Positions 20,326 through 40,554 of a stretch of 64,000 bases of DNA are shown one piece after another. Origin of the DNA: Lama guanicoe (Eukaryota); assembly GCA_013239625.1 (NCBI GenBank), contig MU053758.1, positions 3,705,490 through 3,769,489 on the forward strand, read 5' to 3'. Both the position numbers and the translations under genes were made by a program. The notes under the pieces were generated by a model, which did no database searches, was not told the DNA's origin, and worked only from the letters and a program-made list of their open reading frames with translations. Each line of letters begins with the position of its first letter. Position 1 is the stretch's first letter.

Positions 20326-22682
20326 ATCAACCTATGTTTAATCACTCCGTTATAGCAGCTGCCCCAGGAAGGAAGTCTTGTAGTGCTGAATCAAGCTCTT
20401 TCTAGCCCCCCAGTCACATGACACCTGTCTCAGCTTGTTAGTGTTTGACCAAGAGGCCACCCTGGAGGATGTGACCCTGGGCCTGGGGCCAGGGTCTCTG
20501 CCAAAGAAGCTGGGATATGACTAAAACTCAGGGACTGCTTAGTGAGCCTGTTGGGGGAGGCCTCACCACTCAGGCTGAAAGAAAGGGGCCTGGAGCTGGC
20601 CTCTCAGAGCCCAGGATAGCAGGACAGCTTCCAGGGCTGAGAATGGAGGATGCTGGACTCCGGCTTCCAGCCTCCATTCACCAAGGGGGCCAGGGTTACT
20701 GTGAATGGCCTCCAGGGAACAGCCTGCAGCCCCCGGCAGCCTGAAGGGCTGGATGTGATAGGCCGTGGGCTGGGGTGAGGTGGCACAGGCTTGAGGGTGT
20801 CCTGGAAACCCCTTCGCTGATTCAGCAAGACCAGAAAGGAGGGCTCTGAGTCAGGGCTTTCTTGGCCTTTGTTTTCTGTGGGGAGAGGAGTGGGCCCGCT
20901 GGGAGTCTCACCCAGTGCATGTCAGCATCAGGGAGGGAGCCGGGGCGGGCTGTGGGCACCCTGAGACCACAGGGAAGCCAGGGATTCAGGCTGACCCCTG
21001 ACCCTGCCCGGCCCTCCCACCCCAAACTGATGGCTCAGCGCTCTCTCTCCAAAAAGAGGTGATTCAGCCCAAAGTAGGAGCTCCCGCGCTCTCCGTAGAG
21101 GATCAAAAGTGACAAGAAGGTGATTAATGGAACCTGCTAGGCCTGGAATGACAAGCCTCCTGGGGCTGAAGAGCAGGTTCAGCCAACGCCTCGGAGAGGA
21201 ACAATACCACAGAGCCTCTCAATCCCCAGTGGTACAAACACAGCAGCCAGGACATGCCTGCCCTCCCCGCCCCTCCCCTCCCCTCCCCTCCCCAGCAGGG
21301 TATGTGATGCCTTGACACAGGAATGCCTTCCACTGACCCGCAGTGAACCCAGGGCACACAGGGCCGGGGGACACAGGCCAGCCCTCCTGGAGGATGCTGG
21401 GCAGAGACCCATCCCAACCTCTCCCAGGGACCCCAAACCTCTCCCAACCCAGCTCCGAATGGGACAGCTCAGAGGGCTAGTGCTGAGGCCCTGCTCACAT
21501 GTCTTAAGCTTCCTTCTTTGCTTTCTGGTAAAAATCACACCAAATTCAGTTCCCTCCCCTACGTTGTTTCCAGGTAAGGGGAGAGAACGCTACATTTATG
21601 AGTATCCCCAGCAAGTGAGGCTGTGCTGAACATGTTGCTCCTGAATCCACGCTGCAATGGCAGAGAGTTTTTACTAACCCCATGTATATATAATCCCATG
21701 TTACAACCCCAGATGAGGATCAGGGGTGCCAAGTCACTAGTCCCAGGTCACCATGAAATCAGCGCACGATCGCTGAGGGTTCCATTCTGTTAAAAGACAA
21801 CGATTACACTTGCTGCCATTGCTTGAACACTGTGCTAAACGCTCTACGTGCCTGACTTCGTTTGGTCCTTGAAATAACTCTACTCTTTGTCTCATACCCT
21901 TTTCTCAGATGAGGAAACTAAGGCCAGGAGAGGTTTGCATTGCCCAAACTTGATTATGTCAGAGCCAAGATTCAAACCTCTGGCTCTAGGTTCTGCCCCC
22001 TTCACTACTACATGGTAAATCCCTTCCAGGCTGGTGTCAGCGCCATCCCATCCAACCAAGGGTGTCTTCTGCTGCCATCCTCAGGCCCCCTGTCACCCAA
22101 GACCCAGCTGGTGGATGGTCTTGCATTGCACAGTGGTTAGGCCTATGCAGCTGGTGATGGCCTGACAGTCAGCCTGTCTGCTGTCTGTCCTGACATGAGC
22201 TCCAGACCTTGGGGACTGGCAGTGGTACTCACTCAACGCAGAATGTCCAAGCCTAAATTGTTTTTAGGACAACTTAGGAACTTTTCCATCCAACCTCTCC
22301 ATTTCATGTGTAGGAAAACCAAGGCCCAGAAAGCCAAGATCCAGAGCAGTGGGAAGGAAAGAGAACTGTATGGATTTCTACCACTGATTCATCATGGGCC
22401 TTACATGGAAATGATTCTGTGTTTCCTTCAGCAATGTCTCCTCAGTCTCTGATTCTCAAAGATTTATCCAGAGTCACCAGATCACTCATGTGCCGAACTG
22501 AGGCCTAGGCCCCGTCCCCCAGCTCCTAACCCAGGGTTCCTTTCTTGGAACTCAGATCAGGTTCCTCCCTTCCTCTCTCCTTGGACCACAAGGGGTCCAG
22601 AGCCCAGGATGCCTGATAACCTCCCAAAGGGTCTTAAGGCTCCCCCACAGGGATGGGGACTCTTGTGAAAGGCAGACATACA

Positions 22683-22935
22683 TATACTCATTTTCATATT
22701 CTTTTTCATTATAAGTTACTACAAGGTATTGAATATAGTTCCCTGTGCTATACAGAAGAAATTTGCTTTTTATGTATTTTATATGTAGTAGTTAATATTT
22801 GCAAATCTTGAACTCCCAATTTATCCCTTCCCACCCCCTTTTTCCCCCCAGTAACCATAAGTTTGTTTACTATGTCTGTGAGTCTCTTTCTGTTTTGTAG
22901 ATAAGTTCATTAGTGTCTTCTTTTTCTTTTTTTTC
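22683..22935 (-). mobile_element. L1 3' UTR fragment
   Basis: gtattgaatatagttccctgtgctatacag and aactcccaatttatccc are reverse-complement homologues of the L1 ends at ~24350-24500 and ~36090-36240. Confidence 0.8.
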
Positions 22936-23858
22936 CTCAAATCCCTTATACCACTAGGGCTCTCCGGAAACCCAGCGAGGTCAGCAAAGGCTTCGAATTC
23001 AGTGGACCTGAGTTTCAACCCTCCATCTCCCATAGACTGGCTGTATGACCTTGGGAAAGATGCTCAACCTCTCAGGGCCTCCTCGGTGGCCCCATCAGAA
23101 AAACAGGCATTAGATGAGTTAGTGTTTGAGAAGCACCTGACCCATGGGAGCGCCCAGCAGGCGGAAGGTTACTAGTCCTTCCCTGTTACAAATGAGGAAG
23201 TACAGGCTTATCGTTGTTAGATGACCCGTCCGCGAATTCTTCTGGGCCTCCATCCTGTGCCAGCTCACTGCTTTGCCTCCATCTCTAGTTCTTGCAGCCA
23301 GCACGGCACCCACAGCCACTGGACAGGTGACAGTTGGTGGCATTCCTGTCTTATTTGCCCCAGTCAGTTTTACGTTCCCTAAAGACAGGGTCTTTGTCAA
23401 ATATACCTCCAAACACTGCTTCTGGCAAAGGGGAGCTCTGGATAACGGCCTGAGAAGCTGTTTCAAAGATACATTGTCTGCTGGCTTTAGGTGAGAAGCA
23501 ACGCCAAACAGGAATGGTAACCGATGGAGTCACCCAGCTCCAAATCTCACAGGAGAAGCTGCCGCCTCCTTACTCCCCTCCCGCCCTCTGCCACCAGCTG
23601 CCCACAGAGGGACCACCGTGTGGGCACATGCCCAAGACACTAGTGAATTTCCAGAGTCGTGTCTAAGACAGGAAAGAGCAAAAGAGAAGAAAGTCCGTGC
23701 ATTTGTACAACAAATATTTATCTAGCTCCCTCTCCGAGGACTCGGCAGTGCATGGGGTAGACCCAGCCCCTGCTGTCACAGAGCTCAGGGGCCAGGATCC
23801 CCTCTGAGGTCCCAGGATGCAGATCAGCTCATAGAGAACATCAAGATCATCTCATCCA

Positions 23859-24607
23859 AAAGGGAACTTCCCACGCTGCTGAGGGGAATGCAGTTTGGTG
23901 CAGCCACTATGGAAAACAGTATGGAGAGTCCTTAAATAACTAAAAATAGACTTACCCTATGATCCAGCAATCCCACTCCTGGGTGTATATCTGGAGGGAG
24001 TTCTAATTTGAAAAGATACATGCACCCCAATGTTCACAGCAGCACTATTGACAATAGCCAAGACATGGAAACAACCTAAATGTCCATCAACACATGACTG
24101 GATAAAGAAGTTGTGGAATATATATGTGATGGAATACTACTCAGCTGTAAAGAAAAAATAATGAAATAATGCCATCTGCAGCAACGTGGATGGACCTGGA
24201 GATTTTCATACTAACTGAAATAAGCCAGAAAGAGAAAGAAAAATACCATGTTATTACTTATATGTAGAATCTAAAAAACACACAGATTTTTTTACAAAAC
24301 AGAAACAGACTCAGAGATATAGAAAACAAACTTATAGTTACCAGAGGAGAAAGGGGTTGGGAAGGGATAAATTGGGAGTTTGGAATTTGCAGAGACTACA
24401 ATATATAAAATAGATAAAACAGATAAACAGCAAGATCCTACTGTATAGTGTAGGGAAATACATTCAATACCTTGTAAAAGTCTATAATAAAAAAGAATAT
24501 GATCATTTTTAAAAAGAATATGAAAAAGAACATATGATTGAATCATTATACTGTACACCAGAAACTAACAAAACATTGTAACTCGACTATACTTCAATTA
24601 AAAAAAG
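23859..24607 (+). mobile_element. 5'-truncated L1 (ORF2 end plus 3' UTR) with 12-bp TSD
   Basis: tatgatccagcaatcccactcctggg and tgcaccccaatgttcacagcagcac; A-tail; TCATCTCATCCA at 23847-23858 and 24608-24619. Confidence 0.9.
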
Positions 24608-25509
24608 TCATCTCATCCAGCCAGAATTTTCAATTTAAAGATGAGGAAACTGAGACTCAAAGAGGGGCAGGGACCAGTCAAAGTCCTCGGGGAGAGAGTG
24701 GTGGGTATGCCCCACGCCTGCTCTGGGAAGCCTAGCCTGAATAGAGGACGCACCCAGGGCCCTAATCCCTTGTCCCAAAGCTGGCCTTTCTAAGGGGAGA
24801 AAAGAGGCCTGCTCCTTGCTTCCCAGATTGGCTGGAAACCTAGCCCCACCTCATTCCGGGGGCAGGCAGAAGGCGGGCCATCTCTGCGCAGAGACTATTT
24901 AAGGGCTCAGCCAGGCTTGAGCTATCTCTGGGCGTGGGCATCTCGCTCCAGGGTCAGGCAGGGGACAGGGCTTGGCAAGTTCCATGGGCCTCTGACAGCC
25001 GGTCCCGGAATCCCAGCAGAGCAAGAACTGGCGCTCCAGCGATGAGGGTGGAAGCAGCACCCTCTCTCCAGCAGCTCAGGGTCTGGCCCTGAGAGAAGTC
25101 TCCCTGGATGAGGGCTGAGCCCCCTTGCCCCTCTACACCTTTGCAGAGGCGATTGTTTTTGCAAAAAGGAAGAACAGCTAGCACTGGTGGCAGCTATTTA
25201 GAAGGTCTGAGACCTCCCGACAGAAGCCCAGAGGTCAGAGAGGCAGGAACAGCAGGCGATAGGGTTAGAGAGTCCCCGGGAGCCTGACTGATCCCAGGAT
25301 GTCGGGAATGTGGCACTTGGCACTCTGGGCTTGAACCACAGCGTGAGAGACCAAGGTTCCATGTGAGGACAATCTTTGTGACCGTAACAGTTGGGTGACA
25401 CTTGAACAGGCTGCCCCTAGAGGTTAAGAAATGGGTTTCAGAGCAGCACACCCTGTAAGGAAGGCGTTGCCAGGTTCCGTCGCCCTCGTGGCATTGCGGG
25501 AAAAGCAAG

Positions 25510-25720
25510 CGTCTGGAATCAGAGAGACTGTGCCAGATTCCATTTCACGATTTCCTAGTTGTGCCTTCATTCCAATGACTTAACTTCCCTCGGATTCAGT
25601 TTCCTCATCTGAAAACTGAAGTGCTAAAGTCTGACCACGACTTCAAAAGCTGTCGAGAGAGTAAATGAGATGCCGTCCACTCAACGCCCTGCCCGGAACC
25701 CAGAATGGAACACTTAGTAA
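25510..25720 (+). mobile_element. MIR SINE
   Basis: gacttaacttccctcggattcagtttcctcatctgaaaa...gtaaatgagatg; boundaries approximate. Confidence 0.6.
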
Positions 25721-27034
25721 ATTCCCCTTCCTTCCTCCAGCCCCAGGGGAGTCTGGCCTCGGAGTGTGTACTCAGGAGACACATTCTAGATTAAACCTCC
25801 CTCAGAAAGATCAGGTGACACCTTCTCTCCAACCAGGATCACTGGATAAGGAGTTTGACCCGTGAGACCCACAGGGTCCCTCTCAGAGGGCTGGGCCCTT
25901 CTCCTAGTTGATCAGATTCTCAGGAGAACAGAGGCACCTCCTACCTGCTCTTCCCAGCAGGACTAAGAAACCGGTTCTCCCTCCCCCTGCCCGCCAATCC
26001 TGACCCCAGCCCAGCCCAACCAGGGCACCCAGAGTTCTCCACTTCCTCATTCCCTGGCCTCTGCCAGCGGACTGTGAATCCCAGAGGAACCAGTCCCAGA
26101 ACAGAGGCAACAAATTAAGTGTGCATGGATGCCTCTGCTCTAATGAGCCCTAGGGTGGAGACTGGGGAGAGGGGAGCAGGAGCAGGACTTGGACGGAGAA
26201 GGGCAGTAGGGGTTGATGTTGCTTTGGACGTAAGCATGGGAAAATCAGGGAGGGCTTCTTGGAGCTGGTGTCTTTCCCTCTGGGCACTTCAAGTGCCTTA
26301 TGAGGAGATGGCAGCTTTGGGGGGAATGGGGGCCAGCTTTGTAGGGGGGCAGAGATGGGAACTTGTTCAATCACTCTGGAGGTCAAGTGTACCTGGCTGG
26401 AAAAGAGGGGAGGTTCAGGGGGCACATGTGGTGAGGACCAGAAGCAAGGAGGAGGATCCTGGCAATGAACTGCGAAGGACCAGGGTCTGAACGAGCCCTG
26501 GTCTTGGAGTCATATGGGTGTGGGACCCAGCCCCAGCCCTGCAGCTTACTATCCATCCAACCAATCACGAATCTTCTGGACAAGTCATCTCCCTGACTCC
26601 CTCTGTAGGTTTCTCATCTCGCCTCTAAGAGGGAATAAGAAATTAGGACCACCCGCAGTTGTATCACATGAGAACTGAGGGCGGGCGGGCCGAGCACAGG
26701 GCCAGCCGTGCAGTGGTGACCCAATGCCGTCCACACCGCCAGGCATCTGGTAAGTGATCAGTCGATGTGTCTGGCTCTGTGCTAGGTACGCCAAACTGCT
26801 CTAAGGAACCTCGTCTCCTGTTTCCATGATCGCTTAAGGGGGTAAGCTGTATAGCAAGTCCCCTGAGCAGCCCGGTTTGTCCCAGGCACCCGAGGGACCT
26901 CAAAGAATGACTGTGCGGGGAAGAAGTCAAAGTCGGGGGAGATGACAGCACGTGGGCCCTGCGCCTTCTCAGAGGCCACCAACAAGAAAAACTGGCGTAT
27001 CACCATGAGATATTTGCAAAAGGAAAAGCAATTC

Positions 27035-27040
27035 TTTATT
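27035..27040 (-). terminator. KRT15 polyadenylation signal AATAAA
   Basis: tttatt on +, about 253 nt past the stop codon. Confidence 0.75.
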
Positions 27041-27292
27041 GCATGGCTAGACATGGTACAAATGACCTTGTTACACAATACTGTGGTTTCCTGCACCTTC
27101 CTGCTCTAAAGGAGGTGGGAAGGCTGGGGAGGGGCGCAGGGAGAGCATGCCAAGCAGCCAACTAGAAGACAAGGGACCCCTGGAGCTGGACCCCTCTGGG
27201 TCTAGAGTTTGCCCTTCTGGCCCCTCTGGCCAGCTGTCCAATCAGCGTGGGGAGGGTTGGGGTGGCGGGGGCGTCTCTCTCGCACTGGGTAT

Positions 27293-31411
<4,119 letters not shown>

Positions 31412-31517
31412 GGCCAGGCAGCAGCCCCAAACTCTCAGCAGTGCAAGAGAAGCTGGTGGGAGGCACGGGCAGGGCTGAGACCCAGGCACTGCCTGTCACC
31501 CCCCAGCCACCAGCTCC

Positions 31518-31707
31518 TTATATACCCCTCCGCGGGTGTTGTGGGACTGCGTCTCCTCCCCCAAAAGGGAAGCCAACTCCTTCTGCATTCCCGACAAACA
31601 CAGCTGCCTGCACACCTCGATGTGGCCAGTGTGGGGGTTTTCTTTTCTTTCTTTCTTTCTTTCTTTTTTTTTTTTTTCTCTCTTGATGCAACAAAGGAGA
31701 TGATTCA
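31518..31707 (-). promoter_or_regulatory. KRT15 promoter: TATA and AP-1-like site
   Basis: TATATAA at 31518-31524 (minus); TGATTCA at 31701-31707. Confidence 0.7.
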
Positions 31708-34164
31708 GAATGAATGGTGTTTTGCCCCCGGGGCTATGGTTTTAACACTTGAATTACAGGTTCATCTCTGCACTCCAGGAGAGCACGGAGAGGAGTGAAC
31801 TCCCATCACATCTCCCAAGCCTGTGAGAGGCTCCAGCCAACTTCGCCCGTTGCCAGGCTTCTCTGCTGCCCTCTCTGAGCCCAGAACCCTCACCCCAGAA
31901 CGGCCGACGCCTTGCTGTCAGTTTGGGAATCCACTTTTCACCACTGCCCTGTGCTGTCCCTCAGAGCCCGGGCATGAGCCCGCGGGGCTCTGGGGATTGG
32001 TGGGCAGAGGCATGTGGAGGAATGCAAGCCCACGGGGACAGGCTGAGGACAGGAGAGGGATCTTGAGTCAAGCTGCAGCTGAGGTGACCAGAGGGGCCAG
32101 CATCTGTCACGTCCCTGATGCTGCAAATGGACATTTTTCCTCCACCCCCTCCCCCTCTCCCCCACCTGCAGCCCCCCTCCTGCTTCTCCAGTGCCCCCCA
32201 GCCCCCAGCCCCACTGCACTGGAAGTCTCACAAAAGCCAGCAGGCTCGGGGCTGACATGGGGCTGATAGATCATCCCACCACCTGCCAACTACTTGTCAC
32301 CGAACCTTCGCCTTGCTGCAGGGACGAGTTGGGGCAAATCTCTGCAGATAAGATGGGAACAAGTTCCAGAAAGCCCCTGCCTTCTCCAGGGAGAGGCATG
32401 TTGCTGCACAGCGGGACCAGATTAACCCCATTTGTCCTGCCAAGAGCCGCCGCAGGGCTGAGGAGGGATCCGACCCAGAGGGCTGCACGTGCCTGAGCAC
32501 TTTGAGGAGGAAGGGGAGAAGGAGGCCCAGCAGGCAGACTGGAAGACACCTCGGAGATTTTTGAAGGCCAAGGCACCACTTCACAGAGCAGGATGCTGAG
32601 GCCGGAGAGGGGAGTCCAACACTCAGGAGAGCGTGTTCCTCTGCCACCAGCTCAGGGGCCCGCTTTCCTGGGACACCTGATACCTGTGGGAGAACCCCTG
32701 GAGCCAGGCCTGGCCCTAAGGCCGCAGCTCCAGGGTTGAGAGAGAGCCAGGGGTGGGGAAGTGAGCAAGACTAGACTGGAGAGTCAGGAGGGGGGGGTTC
32801 CTGGCCCAGGCCTTACAGCACCATGAAGTGGACAGAGCCCTGGAGCCCCTTGGGTCTGGGTTCAAGGCTGGTTCTATCAGTTGCCACTTGTAAAAACCTT
32901 CGGCATGGTACCTTTCAAGTCTCAGTTTCCTTGGAGCAACTGGAAACTTTCAACTCCCACTTCCAGGGAAGCCCGAGGCCCAAAAGTGCCCATCCTGCCT
33001 CCTCTTGGCTCCCCATCTTATGAAGGGCCAGAGAGCGTGGTGCACATCTAATACCTGGGACTTCCAAGGACCCTCAGCAGGAGGAACTTTTGTCCTTGAG
33101 CACCAGATATACCCCATGAGTGAGCATTGTAGTCTTCCATATCCTATCACAGACAGCACCTCTTGGGCAATGCAGATCTTTGTTATTATTGCTCTAATAG
33201 GAGTAATTTCTTACTTGCACTGCATACTTCACGGTTTACAAGATACTTTTGCTTCCACGCCTCCAATCCTCACATCTCAGAAGATGATCCCTGCCCCTAT
33301 TTCAGAAGGAATTGGGGCTCAGAGAGGGAAAGCGATTTGTATAAGGTGGCACAGCTAGTAAGAAGGCTTCGCCAGGACTCAGTGGATCCCCTGACCCCCA
33401 CTCAAACAAGGAATAAGAAAGAAGGCTCACCCCCACAGACCCCAGACTCCTGCACCTGAGTTAAGATGTCAGAAGCGGGGTGCAGTCCCGGGGTGTAGGG
33501 GCAGACTTCTCACCCAGCATCACCGTCAGCCGGGCCTCGCAGTGCTGAACCCAGACAGTGCGGTATTGTCTCGTGGGTGGGAGGATATTGTCTTTTCCTC
33601 TGAAAGAAAAATAATCAAACTCAGATCAGCCATAGCTCATTAAAGCCTCTGCAGACATTACGGCCCCAGCAATTACCATGAACAATTACGTACAGTCAGC
33701 CCTGGGTGAGGGAGGGCTGGAGCCCCGCCAACCTCTCTCTGCACCCTGACTCCCCTCCAGCAGCCCCTCAAGATAGCTTTCCCTACACTCTCAGGACCAG
33801 GCCAGGCGGCAGCTGGCCCAGTCTTGAATCCCTGGCTTCGGTCCAAACAGCTCCTATGAGCTCAAGGTCTGTGTGCCTGGGGCCTACACATTAGGGCCAG
33901 GAGGGGACAGCTGGATGAGGGCAAAGATCAAGCTCCATTTGGCCCTAGTCCAGACTGCGGCCCCAGGCCCTGCCCTAGGCAGCCCACCCAGGATGCCAAT
34001 TTCTGTCCTTCGCCCACTGCAGACAGACAGGCTATCCACAGAGCCGGCCTTCTGTCCTGGGGATGGGACGATGCAGCCCAGCAGAAGGAGCCTGGGCTGG
34101 ACTCCACCTCTGGGTGTGACTCAATGTCTCCGAACCAGGTTCCCAAATTAATATTGGGCCATTT

Positions 34165-34442
34165 TCCCATTTATATGAAGTACTGAGCAGAGTCAAAGTC
34201 ATAAAGATGGAAAGTGTAATGGCAGTTGCCAGAGTTCGGGAGGGAGAGTAGGGAGTTATCGTTTACTAGGGATAAAGGTTCATCTTTACAAGATGGAAAG
34301 AGTTATGAGGATGGAGGGTGGGGATGGTTGCACAACAGTGTGGGTATATTTAATGCCACATAACTGTACACTTAGAAATGGTTAAGATGGTAAATTTTAT
34401 GTTGTGTATTTTACCACAATAAAAAAAAAGAAAGAAAGAAAA
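34165..34442 (+). mobile_element. Older L1 (L1M-type) 3' end
   Basis: ctgtacacttagaaatggttaagatggtaaattttatgttgtgtattttaccacaataaaaaa. Confidence 0.8.
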
Positions 34443-36089
34443 ACCCCACTGACCCCAGTAACACCGACCCCAGCTACAGGGCCACAGTGAGCATTTGATG
34501 GCCCATGGGGAGTGGAGGTCTCCATAAATGTTAGAGTCCACCCTCACCTCCTCTGCTCCCCAGAGAGATGCAGGGGGCAGAGAGAATATACACCCTGGGG
34601 CCTGGAGAATTCCTCGTTTCTCATTTATTAGTTATGTGGCTTTGGATAATCAAGCCTCCTCTCTCTGAGCCTCGGTCTACCAATCAGGAAAATGGGAATA
34701 ACTCCAGCCCAGGCTGACTCACATGGATGGAGCAAGAAGACGGGCCGGAAATGCTTGCAAACTGAAGTGGTCATGAGAACCAGCCTGGAAAAACCTCACC
34801 CCTCAAATCCCCTCCCCGTTCGTCTCTCTCCCTCTCCTCTATCCCAGCTGCTCTGTCAATACACTATCCCTAGTTTCAGCTCCCAGACTGAGACAGAAGT
34901 GTCCCCACCCTCCACATACACACATACACACACACAAAGGCAGGCTTTATTCCTGACACCCAAACTTGCGACCCAGCCACCAGCCCCACCTGTGTGGGCC
35001 CAGACCCCACCCCACAGCCACATTCCAGGGGCCTCTGGGGCATAGGGGAGGGTTTCAGCTGTGACAACAACAGAGGCTTTCATGAACAGGGAACAAATAT
35101 CTCTGGGCAGTCCCAGCCTGGAGGTGCAGCATGGCCTCTGGCCCCTAGCTCCAAGGCCTCCTAAATTAAGAGGGAAAGAGGGAACGTGGGTGTTGATGGA
35201 TAGCTGGGGGAGTGGCAGAAGGGCTCCCGGCCCAAGGCTGCAGCAGGGGTAGAGGAAGAGCTGGGCTCTTTGGTCACCAGCCTGTGATTTGGAGCAAGTG
35301 AATGACCCTCGCCAAGGCCCATGGGAAAATGGCAGATAGGGCACCTGCTTCAGGATGAAGGGTCTCAGGCCTCCTTGGCCCAATGCTGCACAGCCTGTGC
35401 CCCTAGAGGAGACCTTCTAGGAGGGTGGGGTAGTGCTTCTCCACTGACCCCTCCCTCACAGGGCCGGCCTGCTGTCACAGACGGATGCTCGGGCCCTGTG
35501 CAGTCCACTCAGCCTGAACCTCTCAGCTGGAATAAGTGGGACTTCTTATTTACCTTTACTTGGCCTCCGTTTTTGGCAGCTGAGCCGTAAACCACAGGGG
35601 CAGGACTCTACCCACCCAAGGGCAGAGCTGAACCAGGATACTGGGACTTGGTGTTCCTTTGTGGGCCCAGGACCGGCCCCAGGCAAGCCAGGTTGGGGGT
35701 CGTTGTGGGAGGTCTGGGTCACGGCTGGTTCCTATTCCAAATGGCTCTGGGCCCAGGTATGGGCTGGTGGGCGTAAGGGGCTGACACGGGGCTGCCCAGG
35801 GATGGATGGAGGTGTCCGTGCACGCACACGCACACACACCAAAGGGCACACCCTCCCCAGCCAACCACTGAGCAGATGCCTGCCCCCGTTACCCAGGCTC
35901 TGACCCCAAAGCCCCAGTTCCTCCTTCAGTTAGGTGGAGAAATGTGTCAGGAGGAATTGCCTCAGGGGTTCCTCTGAACTTGCTTTGTCCCAGAACAAGA
36001 CTAGACTGTGCTGAGGAACTGGTACGAGTCGTGTCATCCTAGGAGACAGGGGGGCAGGGTTGGCATTGTAGGTTAAGAATTAAGAAATG

Positions 36090-36375
36090 GGTGGAGGGAT
36101 AAATTGGGAGTTCGAGATTTGCAGATACTAACTACTATACATAAAATAGATAAACAGCAAGGTCCTACTGTAGAGCACAGGGAACTATATTCAGTACCTT
36201 GTAATAGCCTATAATGAAAAAGAACATGAAAAGGAATATATATCTATATACGTATAACTCAATCGTTATGCTGTACACCAGAAATTAACACAACATTGTA
36301 AACCAACTATCCTTCAATTTAAAAAAAATAATAAACAAATAAATAAGAAAGTGCCAACAAGCAGAAAAAAAAAAT
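36090..36375 (+). mobile_element. L1 3' end
   Basis: gggataaattgggagttcgagatttgcagatac...ctgtacaccagaaattaacacaacattgtaaacc, then an A-rich tail; AAGAAATG on both flanks. Confidence 0.85.
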
Positions 36376-36908
36376 CAAGAAATGTAGATTCTGGTCTTAG
36401 CTCTGCCAGGTAGTCACTGTGAGGCGTTGGGCAAGCTACTTAACCTCTCTCAGTCTGTTTTCCTGCTCTGTAAGATGTCACTCATATTATATTACATGGT
36501 ACATAGTAGGTGCTCAGCAAACATTAATTACACCTACACAAACACACACCAACCCTTGTAGGGCAGTACCATAGTCAGAAAACTAACTCTGGAAGCAAAA
36601 ACCAGTTTTAAATCCTACCTTTGCTAGGTGTTAGAACAGTTATCTGTACCACCAACCACCTCGCCCCTCTGGGCCTGAGTTTACCCCTCTGTAAAGTGGG
36701 AGCAATGCTTGGTTCACAAGTTTGTTTTAAGGAACAGGTGAGATGAATGAAGACGGAATAACCATAAGAGTTGGAGTTTGTGTGCGACCCCCTCTTCCCT
36801 TTCCTGGGACAGGGTGGACTCTGTTTCAAACAAAGCCAACAGTGCCAAGGCCCGGCCCATGGGCTGAAATAACAAACCCAGCATCCTTCTTCCCTTAGGC
36901 CATAAAGT

Positions 36909-36914
36909 TTTATT
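36909..36914 (-). terminator. KRT19 polyadenylation signal AATAAA
   Basis: tttatt on +, about 103 nt past the stop codon. Confidence 0.75.
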
Positions 36915-37016
36915 GGCAGCTCAGGGGGAGAGCCAGGGAAGGGTCCCTCCCCTCTTACGCCCCTATCCAGGGGAATCCCTCTGCAGGAGGGCAGGAAGCC
37001 GAGGGGGCCACTGGAC

Positions 37017-40554
<3,538 letters not shown>

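Noticed and set aside
31412..31489. N-terminal extension of KRT15 in the ORF track (also 40555-40578 for KRT19)
   Set aside because: These start at non-ATG codons in the 5' UTR; the first ATGs at 31411 and 40554 match the known N-termini.
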